NCBI RefSeq assembly: GCF_006345805.1
Contig: NC_043008.1
Location: forward strand, 3,782,001-3,846,000
Reading direction: 5' to 3'
Origin: Octopus sinensis
Taxonomy: Eukaryota
DNA: 64,000 nucleotides
The notes under the pieces are model-generated. The model was not told where the DNA came from. It ran no database searches and saw nothing but the letters and a program-made list of their open reading frames with translations. A program made the position numbers and the translations under genes. Positions 26,746-39,554 of the stretch are shown piece after piece. How positions within the stretch are numbered: the stretch's first letter is position 1; each line of letters begins with the position of its first letter.

Positions 26746-28167
26746 TTTTGAGATCAACAAATGTTACATTCTAACAAAATACTGTTATTAGCTTCGATTA
26801 AGCAAGCCTATTAGTTTTCAGAGTCTGACTTTCTGACTTAACTGCGAACAAATATCAAATATTTGCATAGAGTTCTAATTTTCATAGATGCGCCGAAATA
26901 TACATATAAATGTGTGCGTGTGTGTGTGTGTGTATGAGTGTTTGTTTGTGTATGTATGTGTCTGGTATGTGTGTGTGTATTCGCACACATGTATGTACAT
27001 ATGTACCACGATACATTTCCTTACAATGTATATGTATTCATTACACACACACACACACATTTACACACACAAACACACATGCACACACAAACACACACAC
27101 ACACACATGTATATATTATGAATGTGTGTGTGTGTGTGTCATAGGGCTAGTTTTATAAGAACATCTCTGAATACCACAGTCGAGGACAGTAAAAGAGGTT
27201 TCTGTATATCATTGCGCATGCGTTACCGGAAGTCTATAATAAACCTGTATTTTTTGAAATATCAAAGACATATATATTTTGTGGACAATTACAGATTTTT
27301 TAATCCTCTATACTTAAAGTATTTTTGTCTATTTGTGTTCCCACTTTGATGAAATAAAATACCTTTGATAAATCAAGTTCTGTATATGAATACATTTAAA
27401 TGAGGCTGCAACATGTTAAGTTGTGCTGTAGTGGAAAATTGCTTAGTGAATATTGCTTTGGTAGTGTTCTGCGAAAATATATGATAAAAAACTTAGGTTG
27501 AAGTTATCGAGTTTTCGAGAATATTTTTTTTATATTAAGTTGTATACAGTTTTATCTTTGCAATATAAATGACGAACCGACATTTTTTTATTTGCTAACT
27601 TTCACTCGAATTACACTCTATCATCTTACTACATTAATGTTCTCCAATGTGCAGAATCTCCGTAAAAATTCGGTATGATCATTGTTCGAAGATCTTTGAT
27701 CAAAACTTTATTCGCTCGGGGCTAACCAGAGACTAAACTTCATCAACAAAGCATAACATCAGCAATAACAAAATCTGCTTGAAATTGTTGTGTAAAAACT
27801 TGTTCTTATATTCACTTCAGGTAAACATATAGTATGTGAAACCCTTAAATTGATGGGTAGAGACTACTTACACCTAACTTCTTAATCTGTCTATTATTGC
27901 TTCAGAAACGGTGTGATGCGATTGTAATTAATTTGCCTCGAATTTTCATTGGAGGAACTTTTTAAAACAATTTCTGTGACGAAATTACTTCAATAACTGA
28001 GATTATATGGTAGATTCTGCCAAATAGCAGACCACTCAAAAGTAAGGGTGCGTGCATGGAAGCATACAAAATTGTTTACTTGCTATTCTATACACACAAA
28101 CGCACACAGACACACATGCACACGCACACACACTCTTTATTTTCTCTCCTTGTTTCTTTTTGTGCTC

Positions 28168-28203
28168 CTTTCTGTGGAAGAGCGTAGGCTCGAAACGTTA
28201 AAG
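28168..28203 (+). ncRNA. Minimal type-I hammerhead ribozyme-like motif (Penelope pLTR type)
   Basis: cttt-CTGTGGA-A-GAGC-gtag-GCTC-GAAAC-GTT-aaag. Stem I is cttt/aaag, stem II is a perfect 4 bp, and stem III is the palindromic AACGTT. The core deviates from CUGANGA at A6. It lies within a ~155-bp insert (28132-28286) between CA and TA repeats. Confidence 0.6.
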
Positions 28204-28285
28204 ACTCTTTCACTTCCCGAGCGTTAAACTAATACATTTGTTAGTTGTCTACACCACCATTTTGTTTTCTTTTGTGAATTCTCCC

Positions 28286-28317
<32 letters not shown>

Positions 28318-28858
28318 CATATATGGATCCATGACGTCACCAACTGTGCAACAACATGAAATAGGTAAACAAGAGAGAAAATGGAAAACAGGAAAGTAAG
28401 CACAAAGAGGTGACTCGTCATCAGTTGTCGGCTGTCTATATACTCTTCATTTCGAGCATTCAACGACAATATGAGTCTTCAAAGACAGATGCTCCGATAA
28501 ATTCTAAAATAAAATCTAGGGTTTATGAAGGGTCAAAATTGGGAGCAGAAACAGAACAATGGAGACATACAAAGAAACCGAACGAAAACAGACACGGAGG
28601 GTCGTTAGACCAGAACGATAGGAAAATATTGAACGCTGGGAGTAATGTTATCTTTGAAAAGAGAAAAGATAGAGGAGAGATAAAAAAACGCCCAGTCTTT
28701 TGACCGTCCGTGCAGGAAAAGGAAGATGGTCACGTGTCGAAAAGGAAGATGGACGATGGTCACATGTGGGCAACGAGAGAGAGAAGAAGAGAAAGGGGAC
28801 GCGAAAAGCGTTGAAAGAGGGAGGGAAGAAAAGGGATATATATATATATATGTATGTG

Positions 28859-28900
<42 letters not shown>

Positions 28901-29470
28901 CATATATGGATCCATGACGTCACCAACTGTGCAACAACATGAAATAGGTAAACAAGAGAGAAAATGGAAAACAGGAAAGTAAGCACAAAGAGGTGACTCG
29001 TCATCAGTTGTCGGCTGTCTATATACTCTTCATTTCGAGCATTCAACGACAATATGAGTCTTCAAAGACAGATGCTCCGATAAATTCTAAAATAAAATCT
29101 AGGGTTTATGAAGGGTCAAAATTGGGAGCAGAAACAGAACAATGGAGACATACAAAGAAACCGAACGAAAACAGACACGGAGGGTCGTTAGACCAGAACG
29201 ATAGGAAAATATTGAACGCTGGGAGTAATGTTATCTTTGAAAAGAGAAAAGATAGAGGAGAGATAAAAAAACGCCCAGTCTTTTGACCGTCCGTGCAGGA
29301 AAAGGAAGATGGTCACGTGTCGAAAAGGAAGATGGACGATGGTCACATGTGGGCAACGAGAGAGAGAAGAAGAGAAAGGGGACGCGAAAAGCGTTGAAAG
29401 AGGGAGGGAAGAAAAGGGATATATATATATATATGTATGTGTATGTGTATATATATATATATATATATAT
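28286..29470. repeat. Tandem duplication of a 583-bp unit bounded by (TA)n
   Basis: Identical ORFs at 28410-28703 and 28993-29286, and GGATCC at 28325 and 28908 (offset 583). I see no differences outside the microsatellite. Confidence 0.95.
28432..28488 (-). ncRNA. Degenerate hammerhead-like motif in the duplicated unit (second copy 29015-29071)
   Basis: Minus strand reads ctgtct-TTGAAGA-...-atgctc-GAAA-tgaagagtatat-agacag with stem I ctgtct/agacag. A further CTGATGA lies 7 nt downstream. Stems II and III are imperfect. Confidence 0.35.
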
Positions 29471-29977
29471 TCCTGAGATATGTGATTATGTATGCATATG
29501 AGTATATATGTGTATTCATATGTACATGTATGTTAAGCGCAAACATATACACGTACACAAGAGGAGGAAAACAGAGGAAACGACAGAGTTAGAGAGTAAG
29601 AGAGAGAGAGAGAGAGAGAGTGAGAGAGAAAGAGAGACAGACAGACAGACAGACAGACAGGCAGACAGAGAAAGAGCGAGTGACTTCATTGAGAAGATTA
29701 GGCCGAGAGCATTTTGGAATGTTATTCTAAATTAATCATAAATGACAAAATAAATATGAAATAATTAAATATCTTTAATAAAAGAGATTAAACTGAAACA
29801 CATTAACTTCAATACATTTTTGAATGTATGCAAATATATGGATACATACATATGTGTGTGTGTGTGTGTGTATTTGAATGCGTGTGTGTTTGTGTGTGTG
29901 CTTGTATGTGTGTGTGCGTGTGTATAGAATTGCATACATATATGCATATATATATATATACCGAATAAACACATAAA

Positions 29978-30115
29978 TGTGAAACAAGGTGGAAAAAGAG
30001 TACTCAAATACCAGTGGTAGAGTAATATGCTTTATTTAGCAAAAACTGTCCGACGAACGGGGACGTGAAACTCAGAGTAACAGGTTTTGTTGAATTTTCC
30101 GCTGCTTTAAATAAA

Positions 30116-30121
<6 letters not shown>
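29978..30121 (+). mobile_element. ~145-bp Penelope-like mini-element: inverted tail, hammerhead, tail
   Basis: ATATGCTTTATTTA (30025-30038) is the inverted copy of TAAATAAAGTATAT (30108-30121), and the pair encloses a hammerhead fold. The element abuts a long (TA)n. Confidence 0.65.
30040..30089 (+). ncRNA. Minimal type-I hammerhead ribozyme-like motif
   Basis: caaaaactgt-CCGACGA-ACG-ggga-CGT-GAAA-CTC-a-GAG-TA-acaggttttg. Stem I 9/10 bp, stem II 3 bp, stem III ACTC/GAGT, GUA cleavage triplet. The only core deviation is U4 to C. Confidence 0.7.
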
Positions 30122-30176
<55 letters not shown>

Positions 30177-30203
30177 CTATATATATATATATATATATAT
30201 ATC

Positions 30204-30253
<50 letters not shown>

Positions 30254-31239
30254 GTACATCTATGTTGATGTGTGTGTGTTTAAGTACGTATGTATGTATG
30301 CATGTATGTATATATATCGTGCATGTTCTATAAATTAGCGATAAGATATCTTCATTTCCTTAAGCTAATGCCGAGGAATCAACAAGAGATAAACTCAACA
30401 TAAGCGGGCCGTTGAGTCTTCAAAGTCTCCCTCATTAAATTTCCAGTAAAATGATGATTGGTCATAACTAGCCACATATTATCTTGAATTGTATTTAGCT
30501 AGGGATATCTACGACGATGGGCATAGCAGTAACTGAATTAAGAAAATTGAAAGGAAAGCGTTGGTGTGAAACAAAAACTACACAGAGACATGGGTAACGA
30601 AAATTGAAATTTTTCAAAATATAATTAATCAAATCGCGCATAATTATAAATTATAGGGTTACCTGGAATAGGAAACAGTAAATCTGATGACTGCCTCTAA
30701 ATAGTTATATATATGAAATAGTTTACAACAGATGTGTATATTTGTTATAGAAAATGGGAAATATTTGTACATGTTCAATTCCATTTTCAATCTCTTTTTG
30801 GTTCCGCAATATAATCGGGGTATGCTTCTGTCTAAATATATTCTGTAAGATTATATGCGACAGAATACCTCTAGAAAGCTTCACTTCATTCCAACCAACG
30901 ATAACTTGTCTATATTAAATCACCGTTTAAATTGCAGATCAACATTCTACTGCGTTTCTTATTAAAGCTTTTTTATTGATTTAAGCAAGATTTTGATAGT
31001 CTTTATGGAGCCGTTTTATGAAGAATCATGGAATATTATTATAACATCTCCTAAAAGACCAGTAACATCAGAAATGATCGACATTCCGAAGTCTGCAATG
31101 AAAATAAATTGCGATTTCTTAATAGAAACCGAAGTGAAATGAAGATGAATTTGTGTCATCACTTTACAACTGATGGAGCTATTAACCCCTTTATAAAAAA
31201 TCCTTTCGAATATAAAGGAGAAACTTGTAGCAACATTTT

Positions 31240-32170
31240 CCTACTGTATACTCTGTCCTCGGTCTTGTCTTTCATCAAGTTAGAGTTTCCTCGGTTGATT
31301 CTACGCTTCTTGCTTTTCCTCAGGAAAGTCTTCTGTTCTATCTTTTTTCTCATTCTAATTTCTTGTCTGTCGAGTCTTTTGTAGGTTTAGACTTTTCTTA
31401 ACTTTTCTCGGTCTACATTTTCCCAATGTATAAATCTTTCCCTGTTTTGTCATTCATCGTCTTACACTTTCATTAGTATAGTCTAATCTCGGCCCAATGC
31501 TTCTCTGCTTAGTTTTTTCTCGACTAAGACTGATCTCAGTCTAGAATTGTAGTAAACCAATGTTTCTTCAGCCTTACCTTTCTGTCTTCTAGTTTTCCTA
31601 GACATATTTAGTCCTCCGCCTAGTTTTTAACTGTCTGCATTTTTTCTTAGTCTCGTCTTATCTGGTTCTTGATTTTCCCCACTGCAATCTTTCCTTCACG
31701 CAGACTTTACTCTGGAAAGTCTTTCGCTAACTTAACCTTTCTTTGATTTTGTTTTCGCTCGTTCTAGTCTTTCCTTAACCTCAATTTAGTCTGTTTTCTG
31801 GCTAGTCTTTCCTTGGTCCATCATCGGCTCTGGATTTTCTTAGCTTAGTCTTTCTTCAGCTTTGTATTTCCTCGATCTGATAAACTCTGCCAGTTTATCT
31901 CGACCTGGTTTTCCTTTGACCAAGTGATTTATCATCTTCATTTATTCCATGTGCAAACCTTTCGTTGTCATTATTTCCTACACCTTGACTTTCTCTGCTT
32001 AGTATTTTTACTTTGCCCAACCTACGAGGTCTTTTATTGCTCTACTAGGCTTACCTCATCTCACTCTCTCCTCAGACGGCTTTTATTCACTCTTAGTCTT
32101 TGCTCTACTTAACTTTCATCTCTGATCTTTCTTCTTCACCTCCGTCAAATACTTCCTTGGTCTAGCATCT
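31240..32170. repeat. Decayed pyrimidine-rich minisatellite (recurrent CTAGTCTTTCC/CTTAGTC units)
   Basis: Strong T/C strand bias over ~900 bp, with repeated TAGTC/TAGTT/TGGTC cores each followed by TTTCT/TTTCC. Confidence 0.5.
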
Positions 32171-33061
32171 TGAAAACTTCTCACACTAAAAGTATTATTG
32201 TAAGACAACAGTATTAGAACTGTAGTTTGTCAGTTTACACACATAGGAAGTTTTATGAACAGTGATATAAACAGTTGCAAGTAAGATTATGAATAGTAAA
32301 TAAAAGCGGATTATACGTTCAAAGTCATAAATATACACCACAAAACTTGGACATATTCAATTCAAATGTCTCGTCAAGATTGAATTATGATATGATTCTG
32401 ATAACTGAAACAAGGAAAACAAATTTTTTCTTGGTTTCACATCAAAGGTCCCAAAACGGCGGCAGTCTTTCCTCTTGTTTAACCCTTGATTTATTTGTCT
32501 TATCGAAGGCTTTACCAGACATGGTTATTGCACCATCATTTTGAGACAGGATCTATACATACCTACATTATTCAATTCCTGTTTTAAGATGGTGAGGTGT
32601 GGTTTGAAGAAAATTTGTCTGTCAATTTTAACATGGCTAGAAACTAGTTTTCTCATTGTTTTAGAAGAGACGAGTTCAAACGCAAGGCATGCTCGACAAA
32701 CCATCATTATAACCAGTTTAGATTATAAAAGAAATAAAAGGAATTAGTCAAGAAAGCTGAAAGAAATGAACAATTACAAAAGAGTAAATATCGTATAAAG
32801 AAAATCTTATGGAAGCCGCTCGATGAAATAGAACTTGCTTAAGATAAAAATAAATATAAGATGTATGGGGTTTGCATCGACGATTTCTGTCGTGAATAGA
32901 TTTCGAAGCATTGTACAGGACAACGTAAGTTACAATGTTCAAGTTGTAAGAAATTTTTAAAATATATGTGAATCGTATTAAAGCAATTTCAGGAAATTAA
33001 ATAATTTAAGAACCCCACTTTTCTCTTATGTATTTACATACAATTATACACACACACTCCA

Positions 33062-33102
<41 letters not shown>

Positions 33103-33732
33103 CCCAACCCCTCTCTCTCTCACACACACACATGTTATTTTGATTCGACTCCACATGACTTAGGTTCACGGGTGAGTGACGCGGCTCACGCCCATCTCCG
33201 AGATGGGTATAACTTTTCGAAGGCGGGTGAAATTTGAGAATGATATTTCGAGTTGCTATTTCTAGCAGATCGAAACACCACGTATAGGCTCTCACGTTGG
33301 CTTTCTCTTTGGCAAACTTACCAAAAGTTTTTGCGAGAGCCGATGGCAATATTGTTTCCTTTTTCAATCGAATATATTTTTTTTTTAGATATCGTATCTT
33401 TTATGGTCATGCAAATTATTATATATTATAAAATCATTTATTTTAAGTTGGTAGATAAATAAAAAGGAAAGTTTGTGGTGATTTCACTAACGATAGTTGC
33501 ATTACGTGATCAAATTGTTGGTGTCGGGTATATACCGTGATATTAGATTTTAATCTATAGTTTTCTTCATCTCGATTTCTGGCAATGTTTACTCAACAAT
33601 TTCCGACGAAGAAGAAAAGCGTGATGTCTGCAGCTTTTGTTAAAGAAATTTTAACGAACAAAGAAATCATAAGATACTTCAGGTCAATATATGTATGTAT
33701 GTTTGTATGTATGTATGTGTGTGTATTTATAT

Positions 33733-33788
<56 letters not shown>

Positions 33789-35954
33789 TGTATGTATGTA
33801 TATTTGTGTGCGCGTATGTGTGAGTGCGCGCGTGTGTGCGTACGCACTTAGTTACAAACACACATACACTCGCTATTGTATTTATAGAAATACACTGGGG
33901 AAATGAAATCGTGACATCGACTCTGCGAGGGAAAGCGAACCATTCATCTTGAACTGACCTGTCAAATCTTTTAAGCGTTGCGGTACACGAACCGATAGTC
34001 AGATGGGTATCAGGTCACCGGATATTGTGTACCGTTTCTTTGTTGATCTGTTGTCATCTTGACTGAAACTGCTTATGGAGAAACTTAACACTTGTTAAAA
34101 AATTACAAAGTGACTCTGTAGTTTTCTAATTTATTATTCACACAAACACAATTTTATATTCCTAGACGTATATAAAATCGTATATGTTATGGTATATAAC
34201 AGTGTACGGAGTATAAATAACAATTAGCATCATTATTTCAATAATATCGTGTTTTAAGGGAAAATTCTTTAGGTTAGAGCAATGAAGTCAATTTTGATTC
34301 CAATCTACGGCTATTTATCGCACTCTGACTTTCCGTGTCCTGGCAAAATATATATCACAAATTTCCATTTCCTATCTGCCTCAAAATCTAAAATATTGTG
34401 TCTATGTGATAGTTTATTTCTCAGAGCTAAACGGTTAGCGATTAAGAATGAAAAAGCTCAAATATGTTTTTTTAAGCTATAAACTATTTTCTCTATAGAA
34501 GTAACTTCGAAGAATATTGAATTTAGATAATTTTATAAGTCTCAAGTTATGTCATACTGTTGATTCCAAAGGAGGATGAAACAGTGCTATACTTTGCAAG
34601 AATTTTCTAGAAGGCGAGGTAGGAGAATGTGTCTAAATATTTTATTGGCTCAATAAATATTGTACGGAGCCCTACATTTCCCTCAGTTTATTTTGACTTT
34701 GTATTCTATCATTATAAAATATCGTGTCGATTTTCTCATGTCATCCTCTTTTGAATTCACACTTGAAATCTAATGTAGTTTCTGATACCCACAAACAAGC
34801 AAAAATTTAAAAGATAGAATTTAAAAGAAAATAATAACCTCAAAAACATTTGTTATATGCAAAATTAGGAATGTGTTAATTAAAATTTACACCACGAAAA
34901 GGTATAGATTTAAACAGATTAGAGAGAATGTGTGTGGAGTCTGAGCTTGCTAGAAATCACAATTAAATCTTTTTCAAACCACAACCGTATTGCCTTCAAA
35001 AGAAAGGAACGACGTATTGAATAGTGCAGTCGTCCGAGATAAACTACGCCAGAAAAGGCGGAACAATGATGGCACTGCCAGGGCTGGTCGGGGATGCGTA
35101 GTAATACAGAACACAAGGTCTTTGTGTAAGTTTTACTCCATTAGCCGTAAAATGATAATAGAGGTAAGTATTGAATAGCTGGCTTTTGCAGAAGGAAAAC
35201 ATACTTTCGCTTATACAAAATGTCAAAACTAGAAATGGCTCAAATAGGAAGAACGGACGCGTAAGGTGAATTATATAGTTATAATTTGATTAAATAAAGA
35301 ACCATAATATATAATAAATAATAAATTAAATAGTCTCACGATAAAGAATAAATAAATCATTTTTAATGGCCACAACACAATAATTCATGTAATCTTGAGT
35401 GAAATGTTCTACTTCTGCATCTTTATCGATCTCTCCATCTGAGAGAAATGGTTGCCAAATAATTCTTAATCATTTAGTCTTTAAAAAAAAGTCAAATTTT
35501 GTAATGTAGTTCTAGACACCTTATATCTGAAAAACGGACCTGGGGTTATTTGATCTGGAACGCCATTGATCATGAATGTGCTGGATCACAGCTGACCTGG
35601 TGCTAAACAATAACTATTTACATTCTTATCCTTTATATTTTTTTATGACTTAATAAGAGGAAGAGAGAGAAAGGAATTTTTCAGAGCTTTCGATTACTCT
35701 GGAAGGGGAAGAGAAGGAACTATCCTCAGTCAGGAGGCCCAAACCGAATGCTTGCAACAAAGTGGACTTCACTAAAATTACCCATGGCTCAGGTGGTTGT
35801 GTTAAACTGGAGCACGGATTACTTTTATTACTCAAACTGTCAATAATCTACTCAAATTCGTATTTTACTAAATCAAAACAGATGTAATACCAGAGAGATA
35901 TATAAACACATAAGGAAATGACATTTTTTGCTTTCCATTTCCGGACATTTTATT

Positions 35955-36180
35955 TGACCCCAGGCCATCCCTGATTATGCAGACGTATGATCAAAGGCAT
36001 TTCAGCGTATTAATGCAGTCGTTTCCTTTCTTTTTTCTTTGTCTTTTTCAGATGGAGTATATCTATATCTAGGACTACACAATTTAAAGTTTTCTTTCGC
36101 TGCCTTTTGAGGCGGTTTGGGTGTAATATGACGAATATACGGTTGTTTATCTTCCAGAATGTCGAGCGATCAGTCATAGA
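35955..36180 (-). mobile_element. (AAC)n-tailed dispersed repeat copy
   Basis: CCCCAGGCCATCCCTGATTATGCAGACGTATGATCAAAGGCATTTCAGC..TATATCTAGGACTACAC. Confidence 0.6.
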
Positions 36181-37019
36181 TTTCTTTGAAAGTAATATAC
36201 CGATGCATTTGTTCAGAATATATTCATTTAAAACTTCTTCACAAATATACAATAACAGTTTAAATATATCAGCGAAATAAAAGAGTAGACCACAAAACCG
36301 ATATCCTCTATTAGAGCCGCATTACATAAAAAAGAAAAGATCTTTTAGAAAATTTGTATATAAAGTATGTGATCGTGTATTTAACAAGATGCATACAGTG
36401 GCAAATTTATTTAATTTTATCACCTTGTGTATGCTGAATATTTTCTTGAAATGCTAATGTACTCGTTGAGCAATGGAATATTCTATATTTGTAATATTTT
36501 ATTTAATATTCAGTAGTACATGAGGGAGGGGAGGGGGGGAGAAAGAGAGAGAAAAAGTGGAGGGAAAGAAAGAGAGAGAACAGTCATGTTACTTTTATTG
36601 AAAATGTCATAGTATAATGTCAAACCAAAGAAATTCGAAAGTTGTGGTCTTTTCACTGTAATAATCTGTTATTTAATAACTGAACAGACAATTCAGTAGT
36701 GATGGTAACTGTTGGTATTGAAAACGTAGCGGAGGGAAAATACATCTTGCAAATAGTACTCAATTACTGTGAAAAATCTATAGCGATGCCATCCGAATAT
36801 TTCATTTCAACTTAAGCATTCTTTTCTAAAAGCATTCTGTAGTCTTGGCGTTGAGAAAAATGGTTCTGTAGGCGGTCGTTATGATGAAATTCTTGATACT
36901 TACATAGTGATTTACATTAATCTCATACTGTTTTATTGAGCAATTATTCATTCCTAGTGATGTGCAAAAGTTAGTGGTTAGCCTCGGTATTTATGTTGTT
37001 ATGTATATGAGAATTAAAT

Positions 37020-37220
37020 CTGATCACGTCTAACAGGTTGCACAGTATGTTAGAAATAGCAGCAACAGCTCTTCCAAATCATACACGTCTTTAAAAAGGT
37101 AAAACACATCGGATATGTTTGTCCCAGATAAAACAAGGCGGGATAGTCGTTGGTGGAATGCCTTTTGATCATAAATTGGTTTGTTCAGAGTAAATAGGGG
37201 CTAAATAAAACCAACAGCAT
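37020..37220 (+). mobile_element. (AAC)n-tailed dispersed repeat copy (clearest example)
   Basis: GTTAGAAATAGCAGCAAC..CAAATCATACACGTCTTTAAAAAGG..GGGATAGTCGTTGGTGGAATGCCTTTTGATCATAAATTGGTTTGTTCAGAG..GGGGCTAAATAAAACCAACAGC. Confidence 0.65.
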
Positions 37221-39554
37221 CAATCAGATTTTTCATTTATCAATCTTTCGTTCCCTGTGATATGCAAAAATGTGATTTATTATATAGATCGTTTGTTAGC
37301 TTTGGTATTAAACATGGTGTTTAAAATAAGAGATATTTTTCAAAGGAGAGGTCGTCGCTTTGTCACAGGTTATTCGAATATTTATTCCCAGCATTGAACT
37401 GATTACGATGCAGTGTTTTTTCTCTAAACACATCCATAGTGTAATTCATCTTGCTGACTATGTATTGCTAGACCAATGAATATCTTACCTATTCAATATT
37501 TCTGTCCCTACATATCCAGTCAGTAGCAAAAAAAAAAGAAAAGATTGCAACAAATATTAATTCTATTAATAAAATTTTCTGTACCAGAATTAGTGAATTA
37601 TATCTAACTCACACATAAAGCCACAAATTTAAAGAATGAGAAGGACAAACAGTTTTCACTGGTTTACGTTGTATCAATCCAACACTGATGAAAGCCAAAG
37701 ACGACTTCAGCTTTCATCTCGCGACTTTGTCAATTAATATAATGGCTTCCAATATTAAAACTCGCGAAGGCGGTGGACTGTCATCGCCTATTGCTTCATT
37801 GGTGACTATTTTACCATTCTAGAAAAAAGAAATTCTAAATCAATTTCAGCGGAGTTTGAACTCCAAAGCACACCACGTAATGGAAAGCATTTTGTGCACC
37901 GCTCTAGTGCTTCTGTCAATACGGCACCCTGTGTTAGAATTTTACAATAAAATAATGTTTTCATAGTCACTTTCATTAAAAGAAAATCTTTTGAAAGGAC
38001 GGAACATAAAACGGTGGACAGTGAATTATTTTAACACTACTTCAATGATGTGTAAATATTAAAACATTGATAAAGAAATGAAGCTGAGAAAGAGATTAAA
38101 TATACTTTCATAAAAGAGTGAATAAAAATCTATTTACTCAATGCAGTGTGTTTTGAGAGATCATCAAATTATGCAAATGCTCTGTATATACAACACATCT
38201 ATGACAGTTTTTATATCCGATTTAATGGTTTACAAAACTGTGATGATAGTTTCAAAATAACTTGTGGCTTAAAAAGATTATTTTAATCAACTCCCAGTTG
38301 CACCTCTCTCTCTATCTCTCTCTCTCTTTCTTTATTCTCCATTTTATACTCGTAGGAGCTTTCTAAATCGACATTCATTTCAATATTAACAGTAACTACC
38401 CACCTAGGTGAACTGTTCTTTTATCTCACATTCCTTATTTCCCTTGTTTATCAATTGTGGAGCCGAGATGCGCAACGAATCGAAGAAATGACCTCTGATG
38501 CTTTCAATCACTTTATTACTCCTACAAATCTGCTATCTTTCACAAATCTGTTTTTCACATTGAAACCCATCATGCGTCTGAAAGAAAATTTCATTCGCCA
38601 TCGTTATGAGTCCAAAGATATAAACATCGAAACGTTTGGCTACTTACTTACTTGAAGTAAAAGAACGCTAAATTAATATATTCCTATGGATATTATATTA
38701 CAATATATCTAGATTTCTCCAAAGAATTATACAACTACAGTAAAATTTACCAAATTCTAAAGATTAAAATTGGCGAATGCTATCCTCACAGGAAAAGGTT
38801 ATTAGAATCAATACATCATTCTTTTACATGAAATGCGATGCTTCTTCCCGCACCGTTTCTCTGAAAAGCCAATTTCGACATTCCCCTGAGTGCTGTAAAA
38901 TATGTGGTTAGTTCCTTGCAATTGTTATGCGTTCGATACCCAAATGAGGCATTGCTTCTCCATTTAATTATTCTTTCTGTGTCCAAGGAGAGAATAGCTT
39001 TGCCAGACTGACTTCCCTTCGTCCTATTATGTGGCAGAGAAACTTTCATCGATGATCTTCCAAATCATGAGGGGTTAGATGACGTCTTTAGTTTAGAGGA
39101 TTGTTTGAAGTTCAAAGTAGGTAATATAATGAAATGTTGATTGAAAGGGCTACGATTATTTATAGCATGATTAGTATTATAATGTACCTATGGTAACGAT
39201 AGTTGATGTTGTTGTTGCAGATTACTAGAGCAGATATATGTTCAAGGGTTTTTTACAAAGGGATCATCTCGTTTTACTGTCTCAAATTAGTCCAAACTGA
39301 CCTTTATTTTTGATGTTAGGGTGTCAATTTAGGAATATCTGGTTGCTATTTAGTGAGATGAGTAATTTTAGATACTTATAATGCAAAATGCTCTTTCCAA
39401 TGGTAGAGATACTTCAAAATGACCTTGTTTATCTAATCGTTCGAAAATGTCGTCAGCATTTAAAACCTACCAAGATAAACAGTAGAATGATTTGTTAAAT
39501 TTGTTGAGGGGCTCAGCTATTTGATATATATTGTTAATGTAATTTCAATAACAC

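Noticed and set aside
28410-28703. Duplicated 97-aa ORF as a gene pair
   Set aside because: It starts at a non-ATG codon, has no domain, and is duplicated only because it lies inside the 583-bp tandem unit.
35685-35792. 108-nt symmetric candidate exon
   Set aside because: Short pyrimidine tract after a purine run, weak GTGGTT donor and no recognisable peptide.
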